From assembly GCA_963749155.1 (NCBI GenBank), contig CAVVLO010000002.1:1344001-1408000 (forward strand): a stretch of DNA of 64,000 nucleotides. Reading direction: 5' to 3'. The position numbers and the translations under genes are program-made. The notes under the pieces are model-generated. The model saw nothing but the letters and a program-made list of their open reading frames with translations, was not told the origin of the DNA and searched no databases. Source of the DNA: an uncultured Armatimonadia bacterium. Its GTDB lineage: Bacteria > Armatimonadota > Zipacnadia > CAVVLO01. Positions 19,175 through 29,983 of this stretch are shown here, one piece after another (positions within the stretch are counted from its first letter, which is position 1; every line of letters begins with the position of its first letter).

Positions 19175-22100
19175 CCCCAGTTATTGCTGGTGCTTGTTCT
19201 GCTTCTGCTGCTTTGCACCTGGGTCTATGCCCAGTCCCCCATCGAATCTTTCACCTCTGATGAGCACACCCTGCTGCTCTACCACTTCGACGAGGCGCAG
19301 GGGCTCATCACCCGCGATGCCAGCGTTTACGGGCAGGACGCCGTGCTTCAGGGCGGCGCCGAACTACGCGCCAAGGGCAAATACGGAGGCGCTCTCTGGC
19401 TGGACGGCCAGAGCGGTTCGGCCTTCCTCGAACGGCCCGAAGCTCTCCAGCAACTCTCCCAGCTCACCGTCGAGTGCTGGTTCAGCCAGGCGTATCAGAG
19501 CGGCCGGCGGTTTCCTCCTCGGCGATGATGTCGTCTTCCACTTCGAGGTGGACGAGGGCAGCGCTATCAGCATCTCGCTCTACAACCAGGGCGGAGTCGT
19601 GAACAACTCCGAGGGCAAGCCGCATCAGCAGGTTGGCCTGCCATGCCGCTATTTCCGCCCAGGAGGCTGGCACCACGCGGCCGCCACCTACGATGGCGCG
19701 ACGGTCAGCTTCTTCCTCGATGGGATTCTGGTCGGCCGCCGGCCTGGGCCGAAGGACTTCAACCTCGGCATCCTTGCGCGCGGGCTGTGGGTTGGCTGCT
19801 ATGTGGGTATGGATTACTGGTTCAGCGGACTGATTGACGAGGCGCGCGTCTCCGATATCGTCCGCTACGACCCAGAACAACGCCTGCGCGAAGGGGAGGC
19901 CGTCTTCGAGATGCCAAATCCGCAACGTCCCGCCCGGCCGCCACTGGCCATCAGAACACCCCAGGCCACGGGGAAGGCAACCCTCGACCTGACCTTGGAG
20001 AAGCGCTATGGCGGCGCTGCCGAGGGTTTCGTGCTGCTGAAGCCGCCCGGAAGGCCGGCCGTCGCCGTAGGGCAGTTCCAGCTTGGAGAAGAAGGCCAGT
20101 CACTCTCTCTCGATGTGTCGGATGAAGTCGGCGGAGAGGGCCTGTATCAGGTCGGGCTGCTGCCCACGCGTCTGGAGGGCTACTTCTCGCTGACCTCGGC
20201 GCAGCTCTCAGCGGGTGAGAAGACGCTCTCAAGCTGGCAGGGAGAGGCCAAATCACGCCGCACTTTCGCCCCGCCGGTGCTTGTGCCGCTGCAGGTGGGA
20301 CCGGCCAACGAAGAAGCAAATCGGATCGTATTGCTGCCTGACCAGCTCGACAGGACGCAGGGCAGTTTCGAGCTTGCCGAAGATGAGAGCGGCGCGACGC
20401 TGCTCTCGGGCTCTGGGTGGGCCGAGTGGTGGTTCTCCACGCCGCGCGAGCAGGCCTATCGCGTCTATCTGCGTTATGTGACCCTGCCCCTGCGCCCCTG
20501 CGATCTGGTCCTCGATGGCGAGGATCTGCACCCTTTTAATATGGCCGCCCGCCTCACCGCTCCCAGCGCGCTTGCGCGCGACGCTTTCTGGGATTATCAA
20601 GGCACCACGCGGCTACCTGCCGGTCTGCCACTGGCTGCGTTTGCAGGACTCTCCCCCCGACATAGTCGGCATCTGGCTGGAACCTGTGGACGAGGTTCAG
20701 CCTTATGAAGAACCCTGGGAGAGCTTCTCCGCCCCGCCGGAACAGGCCCTTCCGCGCGCTGACCGACTGGCAGGCTCAGCAAGTCTTCGGCGCTGCCCAG
20801 GGCAAAGTGGAAGCGCTGACCTTTTCAGCGCATTTCGGCAACACCGACCCGGCAGAACTGCTTGCCGGCGACCGGGTGCGCTTCTCAGCTCCGGTGAAGT
20901 GGAACCTGGAACCTTTTGGCCTGGTGCGCCTGGGCCTGCAAGGGCAAGGTTCAGGGCATGTTGCAGCCCTGTGGCTGGTCGATGCGAAGGGCGATGAGAA
21001 GCTAATCTGGCGCAGCCGCGATGAGAAACCCGAGGCCCAGCAACTGGAGGTACCGCTCAGCTTCGAGGGGAACGATGTGTTCGATGGCCGGCGGATTGTG
21101 GCACTGTGTCTCGATCTGGACGAAGGCAACATGAACGCCACCGAGCCGAGTGATTTCCAGCTGAAATTGACTGGCCTCTCTTTCATCCGCCGCGACAACC
21201 TGGCTGAAGTGGAGGGCTATGCCCAGCGCCTGGAGTCGGCTCTTTCGACCGTCCAGAAGCAGGCCGACAGGCTTGCAGAGGGCACAACTCCGCTGCGTTC
21301 GCCTGGCTTCCACCCCTGGACCAAGCCCGTGGTGCCTGAGGCGCATCCCCTTTACCAAAGCACCGACCCACGGCCTGTGAAACGTGAGACCTTCGGTTAT
21401 GATCTGCATTTCACCGGGGCGCGCGACGTGAACCCCGGTGCGGTGAAGCAGTTCTTCGAAGATTACGATTTCGGAGACGTCTGCTGGCCGCATATCGGCA
21501 TCCTGCCCCAGCGCAAAAACTTTGAGACAGACGAAGCTTACCAGGCCGCGCTGGATGGGCTGGAGCAGCAGGTCACCGCCATCCGGGACAAGGGGCTTAT
21601 TCCTCTTCGACATCTGGGGTTATGTGCCCAACAACGAGGCCGGCCCGACCCCGCAAGTCGCGCCCGAGCATCACGAGATACTGACTCGCGTGATGGGCGA
21701 CCGGTTCACCGGCTACGACAATGGAGAGCAGGACGGTCGCTACATCGGCAGCTATGCCGACAGGGGCGACTTCACCGACCGCATCGGCGGCTGGCAGGAC
21801 TTCGTGCGCTGGGATGACTCAATCTGCGCGGACAATATGAACTATATGAACGCCACCGGCTCGCTTAACTATTCTCATTACTACGGCGACCGGGGCGACC
21901 GGATGCTGGGGCTCGAGACCGCCCAGGGCCTGCCCAGCGACACGCTGCTTTTCGCCTTCCTGCGCGGCGCCAGCAAGCAATATGGCCGCCTCACCTATCA
22001 GGCGACCTCTATCTGGAATCGCTATGGCTACCGGTATTACCACCAGCGCCAGACCGAAGGCGGGAATGGCTATGGCGCAGGCCCCAACAAGGGCGCTTCG

Positions 22101-23245
22101 CTCAGCCTGCACAAGCGCCTCTTCCTCGAGAGCTACACCGGCGGCGACTCGATCGTCGGCACCGAGACGTCCCAGTTTACCGCCGACACGCTGGAAAACG
22201 GCGCCCCGGAGCTCAGCCCCCTTGGCGCGCAACATATCGCGCTGAAGGAGTTCTCCGACGCCCACCCCGACCGGGGTGTGCTGTATACGCCCATCGCTTT
22301 TATGATGGACTTCTACCACGGCTGGAACCCGCCGCGCCATCTCTACCGCGGCGACAAATACAAAATCTGGGGCAAGCTGCCCTATGAGAAGGGCGATTAC
22401 CAGGCCGATGCCCTCTTCCGCCTCGTATGGCCGACTTATGAGGATTGCAGCTACTTCCGCGATGAGCGCGGCTTCCTCACGCCGACGCCCTTCGGCGACC
22501 TCTTCGACGTAGTGAACAACCGGTGCCTGCCGGAGATACTGAAGCAGTACTCTGCCGTTATGCTGCTTGGTGAAGTGGAGCTTACTCCGGATGTGGTGGC
22601 GAACCTTGCCGACTTCGTGCGCGATGGCGGAGACCTGCTGCTGGACGCGAGAGGGCCGAGTTGCTTCCTGCGGAACTGACCGGCCTTGGCTTCGGCGATG
22701 AGGCCAGCGCTACAACGACGGCCAGGCAAGGGGGAGAGGCTTTCGCAGAGCAGCCTTATACCTATACTCAGGTGACTTTGCGCGGGGCCGAGCCACTGCT
22801 GGTGAACGAGGCCGGAGACGCGGTGCTGACCGTGAATACGGCGGGCAAGGGGCGCGTGATCGTCTGCGCGGCGGACTTCTGGCTGACTGATCAACTCGCT
22901 TATGCCCGGCCCGAGCTGGTGAATATGGAGCCGCCCTATCGTCTGCTCGAGGGCGTCCGCGCGGTGCTTTCGGACTATTTCGGAAGCTTCTGCCCCGTCC
23001 AGACGGAGCCAGACGGCCTCAAGGTGCGGGTGAACTGCTTCGAGGGCGAGCCGAACCGGCTGCTCATCAGCCTCACGAACAACGAGCTGTTCTCCCCCTG
23101 GCATGGCGCCGTGCAGGTGAACCTTACGGCCCTCTCCACTGCCCGCGACCTGCTCACCGACACCGCCCTGCCTATCACCGGCTCCACTTTCGAACTGACC
23201 ATCCCCGCCGGCGACGTGGCCCTGGTCGAGGTGAGGGGGAGGTAA
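19172..23245 (+). CDS. Large secreted LamG-domain + putative glycoside-hydrolase-like protein (about 5 frameshifts)
   Basis: Signal peptide. DEHTLLLYHFDE, WHHAAATYDG and FSGLIDEARVS (LamG-like). Consecutive overlapping ORFs tile 19172-23245 with coherent protein-like sequence (YDNGEQDGRY, LETAQGLP). Confidence 0.65.
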
Positions 23246-23378
23246 GGGATAGCAAGTGCTATACTAGCTTAGGTGACGAGAACGAGGATATTGGATGTGA
23301 TTCATGATGCAATTGGTAGCCATAAGTTGAGGAATGGATGGAGTGCTACATAATAAGGCCTTGTGACAGGAGATTGTT

Positions 23379-23873
23379 ATGCCGATCGTGTTTACAGATG
23401 CGGAGATTCAAGAGCTGATTGCAGAGCAGAAGCTGCTTCCGGCAGACTTCCACCAACGTCTACACTTGCGAGGAAGGTCGAACTCGCAGCATGAGGAAGT
23501 GAATCTCGAGGTCAGTTCCGCCAGCGAACGAAGGTTTCGGATCGCTGTGCGCCAGTCTGTGCAGGATCTTTTGGACTTCTCGGTGATACTGATGGTGCTG
23601 CCCGACCAGTCGGCTGACTGGTTTCGTCTGCGTCGGTATAATGGTAAGAGTCATACGCATGGGAACCCGATAGAAGGCGACAAGTTCTTTGACTTCCACA
23701 TACATGAAGCGACCGAGCGCTACCAACAGAAGGGGCAAGACGAAGAGCACTACGCGTGGCCAAGCCAAAAATATACAACGTGGCAGCAGGCTTTGAACTG
23801 TTTGCTTGAGGACTGTAACTTCAGGCTCGATCCAGGGCCACAGCCCAGCTTATTTGATGGTGATGCAGAATGA
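23379..23873 (+). CDS. Uncharacterised His-rich protein (DUF6978-like)
   Basis: AGGAG RBS. Motif [13 protein letters not shown]...FHIH and C-terminal QPSLF. Family name recalled from memory. Confidence 0.6.
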   Translation: MPIVFTDAEIQELIAEQKLLPADFHQRLHLRGRSNSQHEEVNLEVSSASERRFRIAVRQSVQDLLDFSVILMVLPDQSADWFRLRRYNGKSHTHGNPIEGDKFFDFHIHEATERYQQKGQDEEHYAWPSQKYTTWQQALNCLLEDCNFRLDPGPQPSLFDGDAE

Positions 23874-24649
23874 GCGCGATTGCATTGGAACGTGCGCTCC
23901 AAGAAAAGGTAGGGCAGCAGGTTCAACTGAGCGAGTCCGGGCTCAACCGCTATCTCGTGGGCGTGCCCTTCATACTGCCTGATGGCGACTATCTAAAGAT
24001 AGTGCTGAAACGAGAGGGTGGCGACTGGGTTTTGACCGACGAGGGTCATACTTATATGCACCTCTCATATGCGATGTCGGTATCTGACCTGGCCAGGGGT
24101 AACCGGGCTCGCATAATGAACAGCGTACTCGAAGGGCTTGGGGTTCAAGACCGCGAGGGTGAGCTAAGGCTGCCAGTGCCAAACGAGCAGTTCGGCGACG
24201 CGCTCTACACTTTCACGCAAGCCTTGTTGCAGATAAACGATATACGGTTCCTCTCCCGAGAGCGCGCGAGGTCCACCTTCTACGAGGACGTACAGAAGTT
24301 TCTATCTGATCAAGTAGCCAAGAACCGGCTGTCCTATGGTTGGCACGATCCTGAGCGAGATCCGGACGCTAAGTACGTCGTAGACTATCGAATCAATGGA
24401 ATGGCTCGCCCACTCCTGATTTACAGTCTTCAGAGCGATGACAAGACGAGGGACGCGACCATAACCTTGCTTCAGTTCGAGAAATGGGGGTTGAATTTCA
24501 GCAGTGTGGCCATATTCGAGGACCAGCAGACGATTGCCCGTGCCGTATTGGCACGCTTCAGCGATGTCTGCGAGAAGCTCTACTCGAGCCTTCGCGGCAA
24601 TGAGGAGAGGGTGAGTCGCTATCTGGCGCAGACAGGTGCAGTTGACTGA
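23870..24649 (+). CDS. DUF1828/DUF1829-like protein
   Basis: [12 protein letters not shown]...LTDEGHT N-terminal signature. ATGA overlap with the upstream gene. Confidence 0.65.
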   Translation: MSAIALERALQEKVGQQVQLSESGLNRYLVGVPFILPDGDYLKIVLKREGGDWVLTDEGHTYMHLSYAMSVSDLARGNRARIMNSVLEGLGVQDREGELRLPVPNEQFGDALYTFTQALLQINDIRFLSRERARSTFYEDVQKFLSDQVAKNRLSYGWHDPERDPDAKYVVDYRINGMARPLLIYSLQSDDKTRDATITLLQFEKWGLNFSSVAIFEDQQTIARAVLARFSDVCEKLYSSLRGNEERVSRYLAQTGAVD

Positions 24650-24733
24650 TCCTGTCACAACACCTCGACGTGGAACTAAGCCTGCAGCCGGCCTGCCATG
24701 AGCGAAGGAGGACGCAAGTCCGAGGGAGTCGAA

Positions 24734-24808
24734 TGGTGGGCCCGGCCGGATTCGAACCAGCGACCAAACGGTTATGAGCCGTCCGCTCTACCGCTGAGCT
24801 ACGGGCCC
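24734..24808 (-). tRNA. tRNA with CAT anticodon, most likely tRNA-Ile2 (lysidine-modified)
   Basis: GGGCCCGTAGCTCAGCGGTAGAGCGGACGGCT-CAT-AACCGTTTGGTCGCTGGTTCGAATCCGGCCGGGCCCACCA. Full cloverleaf with encoded CCA. Lacks initiator features and resembles ileX-type tRNAs. Confidence 0.9.
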
Positions 24809-24943
24809 ACTCAGCGCTCCCAAGTATAAGGTTCAGCCTCGCCTCAGTCAACTTGCTGGCCAACTTGCCTTTTCCCTTCCTGCTTTGCCCCTTTGCCTTT
24901 CTCCAGGCCGGCCTCAAAAAGGCGCTGTGAAGGCCTTTGGGGC

Positions 24944-24972
24944 TTGCTGTGCAAACAGATGTTTGCTATACT
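24944..24972 (+). promoter_or_regulatory. sigma70 promoter with LexA/SOS-box-like palindrome in the spacer
   Basis: TTGCTG-17 nt-TATACT. Spacer contains GCAAAC-AGAT-GTTTGC (24951-24966), a variant of GAAC-N4-GTTC. Confidence 0.7.
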
Positions 24973-24995
24973 AACCTTCACCGGGAGGGATTCCA

Positions 24996-25247
24996 ATGAG
25001 CAAGCTAATAGGCCATTCAGTGCGCGTCCGCCTCAACGAGGTCACCCAGCTCCCCTCCGCCTTCTGGTGGAAGGGCAATCAGCAGCGCGTCTCGGGCCTG
25101 CTCCATTTCTGGAAGGAGTCACCCGCCTGGTGGGAGGGCGAGGGCGAACGCCTTCATTATAACGTCGTCACCGAGCGCGGCGGCTTCTACGAGCTGGTTT
25201 TCGATGCCGCAAGCCAGGCCTGGGAGCTTGCCAGGTGTTTCGATTAG
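24996..25247 (+). CDS. DUF6504-like small protein (resembles ImuB C-terminal domain)
   Basis: PSAFWWKG...W...PAWW...RLHYNV...YELVFD...WEL...D. GGGAGG RBS. Lies directly before dnaE2. Confidence 0.7.
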   Translation: MSKLIGHSVRVRLNEVTQLPSAFWWKGNQQRVSGLLHFWKESPAWWEGEGERLHYNVVTERGGFYELVFDAASQAWELARCFD

Positions 25248-25256
25248 AGGCCCGCG

Positions 25257-28200
25257 ATGTATGCATCACTCCACACGCACAGCTATTTCTCGCTGCTGGA
25301 GGGCGCCTCGAGCCCTCACGCGCTGGTAGAGCGCGCCGCCAGCCTCGAGCTGCCCGCGATGGCGCTGACCGACCATCACGGTCTCTACGGCGCGGTGCGC
25401 TTCTACACCGCTGCGCGCAGGGCGGGGGTGAAGCCCCTGCTCGGGGTGGAACTCGACCTGGCCGAGGGCGGCCGGGTGGTGCTGCTCGCGACGCGGAGCG
25501 AGGGCTATACGGCCCTGTGCAAGCTAATAACGCGCGCCCAGATGGCCGGGGAAAAGGGCAAAGCCGTGGCCAGGCTGGAGTGGGTGCTGGAACACGCGGG
25601 CAATCTGATCGCCCTGCACTCGGGAAGCAGGCAGGCCTGCTTCCAGGGCGACTCGCGGCAGTGGCTTGCGGATTATGAAAAACGGCTGCTCGCGCTGCGG
25701 GAAGGCTTCGGCTCGGGGCAGCTTTGGGTAGAGCTCCAGAACCACCTCGGCAATCCGCTCGAGAACCGCCTCAACCATTCGCTTGCCGAGATTGCGCAGC
25801 GCACCGGGCTGGGCCTGGTCGCGAGCAACAACGTCCACTACACCGAGAAGGCGAGCTTCCGCCTGCAGGATGTGCTGGTGTGCATCGGCACGCTGACCAG
25901 CGTCCAGCAGGCCCATCCGGCCCGCAAGCCCAACGCGGAATACTATCTCAAAAGCCCCAGGCACATGGCGAAGCTGTTCGCGGACTTCCCCGGGGCGCTC
26001 GAGAACACGCTGACTCTCGCTGACCGCTGCAACGTGGAGTTCGACCTCGAGGCTTTCCACTTTCCGCATTTCCCGCTGCCGGAAGGGGAAACCTGCCGCG
26101 CGCGGCTGAGAGAGGTGGTCTACCAGGGCGCCCTCAGGCGGTATGGAGAGCTGACTGCGCCTCGGCTGGAGCGCCTCGAGCACGAGCTTGGCATCATCCA
26201 GAACTTCGGTTTCGAGGAATATTTCCTTGTCGTGCATGACCTGGTGCGTTACGCCAGGGAGCGGGCCATCCGCGTCACAGGTCGCGGCTCGGCGGCCGAC
26301 TCGATTGTCTCATACACGCTGGGCATCACCGAGGCCGACCCCCTGGAGCACAACCTGCTGTTCGAGCGCTTCATCAATCCCGAGCGGCGCGGGATGCCCG
26401 ACATAGACCTCGATTTCGATTCTGACCGGCGCGACGAGGTCATCAATTACGTCTACGAAAAATACGGCGAAGACCATGTCGCCGCGGTTTGCACGCTCAA
26501 CACCTTCCGGGCCAGGTCGGCCATCCGCGATGTCGCCAAGGCGCTGGGCTTCAACACCGATGAGCTGGACAAGCTGGCGAAGGTCTTCCCGCATATCCCC
26601 GCGCGCGACCTGAAATTGGCCTTCGAGACCGTCCCCGAGGTGCGCGACAGCGGCATAAAGCCCGAGCGGCTGGCCGAACTCTTCGATCTGTGCGAGCAAC
26701 TGGACGGCTTCCCCCGGCACCTGGGCCTGCACAACGGCGGCTTGGTCATCTCGCGCGACCCGCTGACCGAGTTGGTGCCGCTGGAGAAAGCCACCAAAGG
26801 CCTCATCGCGAGCCAGTTCGACAAGGACGACGTCGAGACGCTGGGCCTCGTGAAGATGGACCTCCTGGGCCTCAAGATGCACACCGCAATCGAGGAGGCC
26901 TTGCGCCAGATCGAGCTGAATCACGGTCTGCGGCCCGATTTGGAGCGCCTTCCGCTGGACGATGAGGCGACCTACCGCCTGCTGCGTTCGGCAAAGACGG
27001 TCGGATGTTTCCAGGTGGAAAGCCCCGGGATGCGCGGCCTGCTGTCGAGGCTCCAGCCGACCGAGTTCGAGCACCTTATCATTAATATATCGCTCTTCCG
27101 CCCGGGCCCGATGCAGGCGGATATGATCACCCCGTACCTGGCCCGGCGTCACGGGAAGGAGGCAGTCGTCTACCCCCATCCAAGCCTTGCGCCCATCCTG
27201 GAGGAGACCCTCGGCGTGCTCATCTACCAGGAGCAGGTGTTGCGCAGCGCCAGCGCGCTGGCAGGCTTCTCCCTCGGCCAGGCGGACAAATTCAGGCGCG
27301 CGATGACCCATAACCGCACGGCAGAGGAGATGCAGGCCATCAAAGCGGAGTTTATGGCCGGCTGCGAGGCGCGCGGGGTAGACGCGCAGACCGCAAAGCA
27401 GGTTTTCAAGAATCTCACCGCTTTCGCAGCCTATGGTTTCTGCAAGGCGCACGCGGCCTGTTTCGCCAAAATCGCCTACCAGACGGCCTGGCTGAAGGCG
27501 CATTACCCGGCAGAACTCTTCGCGGGCATCCTCTCCTCCGAGCCTATGGGCTATTATCCCTCGCGCGTCATACTGCAGGAGGCTCGAGGCTGGGGTATCC
27601 CGGTGCTGCCGGTGGATATCAACGAGAGCGAGGGGCGCTTTCTGGCCGGGGCCAAGGGCCTGCGGGTCGGCCTGGCCCAAGTGAAGGATATGGATAGCGC
27701 TGGCCTGAAGTCGCTACTCGAGGCGCGCCGGCAGGGGCGTTTCAGTTCGCTGGAGGACTTCTGCAGGCGGACTAAGGTCTCTCAGCAGGTGGTGGAGAAC
27801 CTGATAGATGTCGGCGCCTTCGACGCTTTTGGCCTGGGCAGGGAAGAACTGCTGCTTGGATATGCCAGGTGGCGCGGCCAGGCGAGTCGGGAGGGCTTCA
27901 GGGGCCTGTTGGTCGAGGCCAGCCCGCCTGCGCCAAGGCCCGGGAAGCGCGGCAAGGCGCCAGGGGTATTGGAGCAGCTTTCCCTCGACCACGAGCTGCT
28001 CGGGCTGTCCACTCAGCCGCATCCGCTGCAGCTCAAAAGGGTGCAACTCAGGAAGCAGGGGGCCTTGCGCAGTTCGGAACTCGTTCGCCTGAGGCCTGGC
28101 TCGCGCGTGCGCACCGCAGGCGTCGTGGTCACGAGGCTGCGCCCGGCGACCCGGAGCGGCGCCGTGGTGGTCTTCATCACGCTGGAGGACGAGGTCGGCC

Positions 28201-28451
28201 TGATTGACTGCGTGGTCTTCTATGACACTTACAGCAAGTATGGGCCGCTCCTGATGGAAAGCGCCGGCCTCCTCGTCGAGGGGAAGCTGGAGCAGCGCGG
28301 CCACTCGGGGCTGTCACTGATCGTCGACACGGTGGAGACCCTCGGGCTGGACAAGCGTACCTTCCGCACTGTGGGGGGCCTCCCGCCCACCTGGGCGCCG
28401 ACGATGCCTGGATTCAATCGCAGGCCGAAGCCGGGCGAGGGGCAGAAGTGA
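25257..28451 (+). CDS. dnaE2: DNA polymerase III alpha subunit, error-prone DnaE2/ImuC type
   Basis: PHP domain HTHSYFS/LTDH, GRGSAA, PDIDLDF, FPRHLGLHNGG, YGFCKAHAA and SEPMGYY. Lacks the extended C-terminus of replicative DnaE1. Confidence 0.88.
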   Translation: MYASLHTHSYFSLLEGASSPHALVERAASLELPAMALTDHHGLYGAVRFYTAARRAGVKPLLGVELDLAEGGRVVLLATRSEGYTALCKLITRAQMAGEKGKAVARLEWVLEHAGNLIALHSGSRQACFQGDSRQWLADYEKRLLALREGFGSGQLWVELQNHLGNPLENRLNHSLAEIAQRTGLGLVASNNVHYTEKASFRLQDVLVCIGTLTSVQQAHPARKPNAEYYLKSPRHMAKLFADFPGALENTLTLADRCNVEFDLEAFHFPHFPLPEGETCRARLREVVYQGALRRYGELTAPRLERLEHELGIIQNFGFEEYFLVVHDLVRYARERAIRVTGRGSAADSIVSYTLGITEADPLEHNLLFERFINPERRGMPDIDLDFDSDRRDEVINYVYEKYGEDHVAAVCTLNTFRARSAIRDVAKALGFNTDELDKLAKVFPHIPARDLKLAFETVPEVRDSGIKPERLAELFDLCEQLDGFPRHLGLHNGGLVISRDPLTELVPLEKATKGLIASQFDKDDVETLGLVKMDLLGLKMHTAIEEALRQIELNHGLRPDLERLPLDDEATYRLLRSAKTVGCFQVESPGMRGLLSRLQPTEFEHLIINISLFRPGPMQADMITPYLARRHGKEAVVYPHPSLAPILEETLGVLIYQEQVLRSASALAGFSLGQADKFRRAMTHNRTAEEMQAIKAEFMAGCEARGVDAQTAKQVFKNLTAFAAYGFCKAHAACFAKIAYQTAWLKAHYPAELFAGILSSEPMGYYPSRVILQEARGWGIPVLPVDINESEGRFLAGAKGLRVGLAQVKDMDSAGLKSLLEARRQGRFSSLEDFCRRTKVSQQVVENLIDVGAFDAFGLGREELLLGYARWRGQASREGFRGLLVEASPPAPRPGKRGKAPGVLEQLSLDHELLGLSTQPHPLQLKRVQLRKQGALRSSELVRLRPGSRVRTAGVVVTRLRPATRSGAVVVFITLEDEVGLIDCVVFYDTYSKYGPLLMESAGLLVEGKLEQRGHSGLSLIVDTVETLGLDKRTFRTVGGLPPTWAPTMPGFNRRPKPGEGQK

Positions 28452-28484
28452 TAAACTGTATTCAGCTCTCCGGGAGGCGATCTG

Positions 28485-29983
28485 ATGGACTTCGTGTGGC
28501 TTGCGGCAGGACTCGTTCTGGGATTCATCCTGGGTTGGTTCATAAAGCAGGCTGGCAGTGGTTCAACCCTCGGCAGGGCTGAGCAGATGGCAGACCAGGC
28601 CGAGGCCGCGCGAGTTGCCCTTTCGGCAGAACTCGAAGGCCGAGGCAAGCCAACTCCGAACTGACCGGCAAGGCCAGCGGCGCCGAAAGCGCCACGACCG
28701 AGCTGCGCGCTCAGGTAGAGGAACTGAGGCAGAGAGCTAGCGCGCTCCAGGCGGAGACGACGACCCTCCAGGCCGAACGCGCCCAGCTTCGCACCACCCT
28801 CGCCGAGAGCCAGCAACGATTGACTGAAGAGCGTCAGTTGCTCGAACAGGCCGAGGTGAAGCTCAAGGACGCCTTCAAAGCACTTTCGAGCGAGGCTCTC
28901 GAATCTCATCAGAAGCAATTTACAGACCTGGCTCGCGCCCAACTCGAGCAGTTCCGTGCGCTGATGAACACGGATTTCGGCAAGCACACGCAGTCGGTCG
29001 AAGGCCTTACCAAACCGCTGGATGAGACTATGAAGCGTTATGAACAGCAGATCCAGGCGATGGAGAAAGCTCGCGGCGAGGCCTATGGCAAACTGGACGA
29101 GCAGCTTCGACAGCTTGTTGAGAGTGAGTCTCGCCTGCAGCAAGAGACCGGCCGACTGGTCACCGCGCTGCGTCGGCCTCAGGCCCGAGGCGCCTGGGGC
29201 GAGCTGACCTTGCGTCGAGTTGTCGAACTCGCGGGGATGCTCGAACACTGCGATTTTTCCGAGCAGACGACAGTCCGCGACGATGCGGGCGCAATGCTCA
29301 GGCCCGATATGATAATCCACGTGCCAGGCGGACGGGTCATCCCGGTGGATGCCAAAACACCGATAGACGCTTATCTGACCTCCCTCGAAGCGCAGGACGA
29401 TGAGTCACGCGAGGCGGCGCTGACCCACCATGCGAAGCAACTGCGCACCCAGATGGAACTGCTTTCCAAAAAGAACTACTGGCAACAGTTCGAAGGCGCG
29501 GCGGAGCTGGTCGTGATGTTTGTACCGGGCGAAGCTTTCGTCTCGGCGGCCGTGCAGAAGGACCCCAAGCTGATTGAAGACGGTATCCAGAACGGCGTCG
29601 TGGTAGCCTCTCCGACCACTCTGGTGACTTTGCTTCGCGCTGCCAGTTATGGCTGGCGGCAAGAAAAGTTGGCCGAGAATGCCCGTCAGGTCAGCGAACT
29701 GGGCAAGGAGCTGTACAGGCGGCTGAGTACCTTCCTCAGCCACTTTGACGGGGTCGGCAAGGGACTGCGCACTGCAGTGGATAAATACGACAATGCGGTG
29801 GGCTCACTAGAGAGAAACGTTTTGGTGCAGGCAAGGCGCTTCAAGGACCTGGGCGCGGTGGACGGTAAAGACCTGGACGAGCCCGTGCAACTAGGCCATA
29901 TGCCCCGCGAGCTGGCAGCACCCGAGTTGGACCAGGCGCTGCCTCTGCCGGAAGCCGAGGACCCTACTCAGTCCGAGACTTGA
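28485..29983 (+). CDS. rmuC: DNA recombination protein RmuC (N-terminal frameshift)
   Basis: RGAWGELTL, LRPDMII, VDAKTP, VMFVPGE and SPTTL. N-terminal TM anchor MDFVWLAAGLVLG starts at 28485 after a GGGAGG RBS, in another frame. Confidence 0.9.

Noticed and set aside
23246..24808. Prophage or integrative element at tRNA-Ile2
   Set aside because: No integrase or phage genes are present, and I saw no duplicated tRNA 3' end (att site) in the window.
24734..24808. Calling the CAT tRNA an initiator tRNA-Met
   Set aside because: It has a paired G1-C72 and lacks the three consecutive G-C pairs in the anticodon stem. Elongator Met is not strictly excluded.
26310..27680. Long antisense ORFs (for example 26310-27680, 2678-4045, 56871-57857, 33907-34848)
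   Set aside because: They are shadow frames opposite well-supported genes in GC-rich DNA, with no recognisable motifs.
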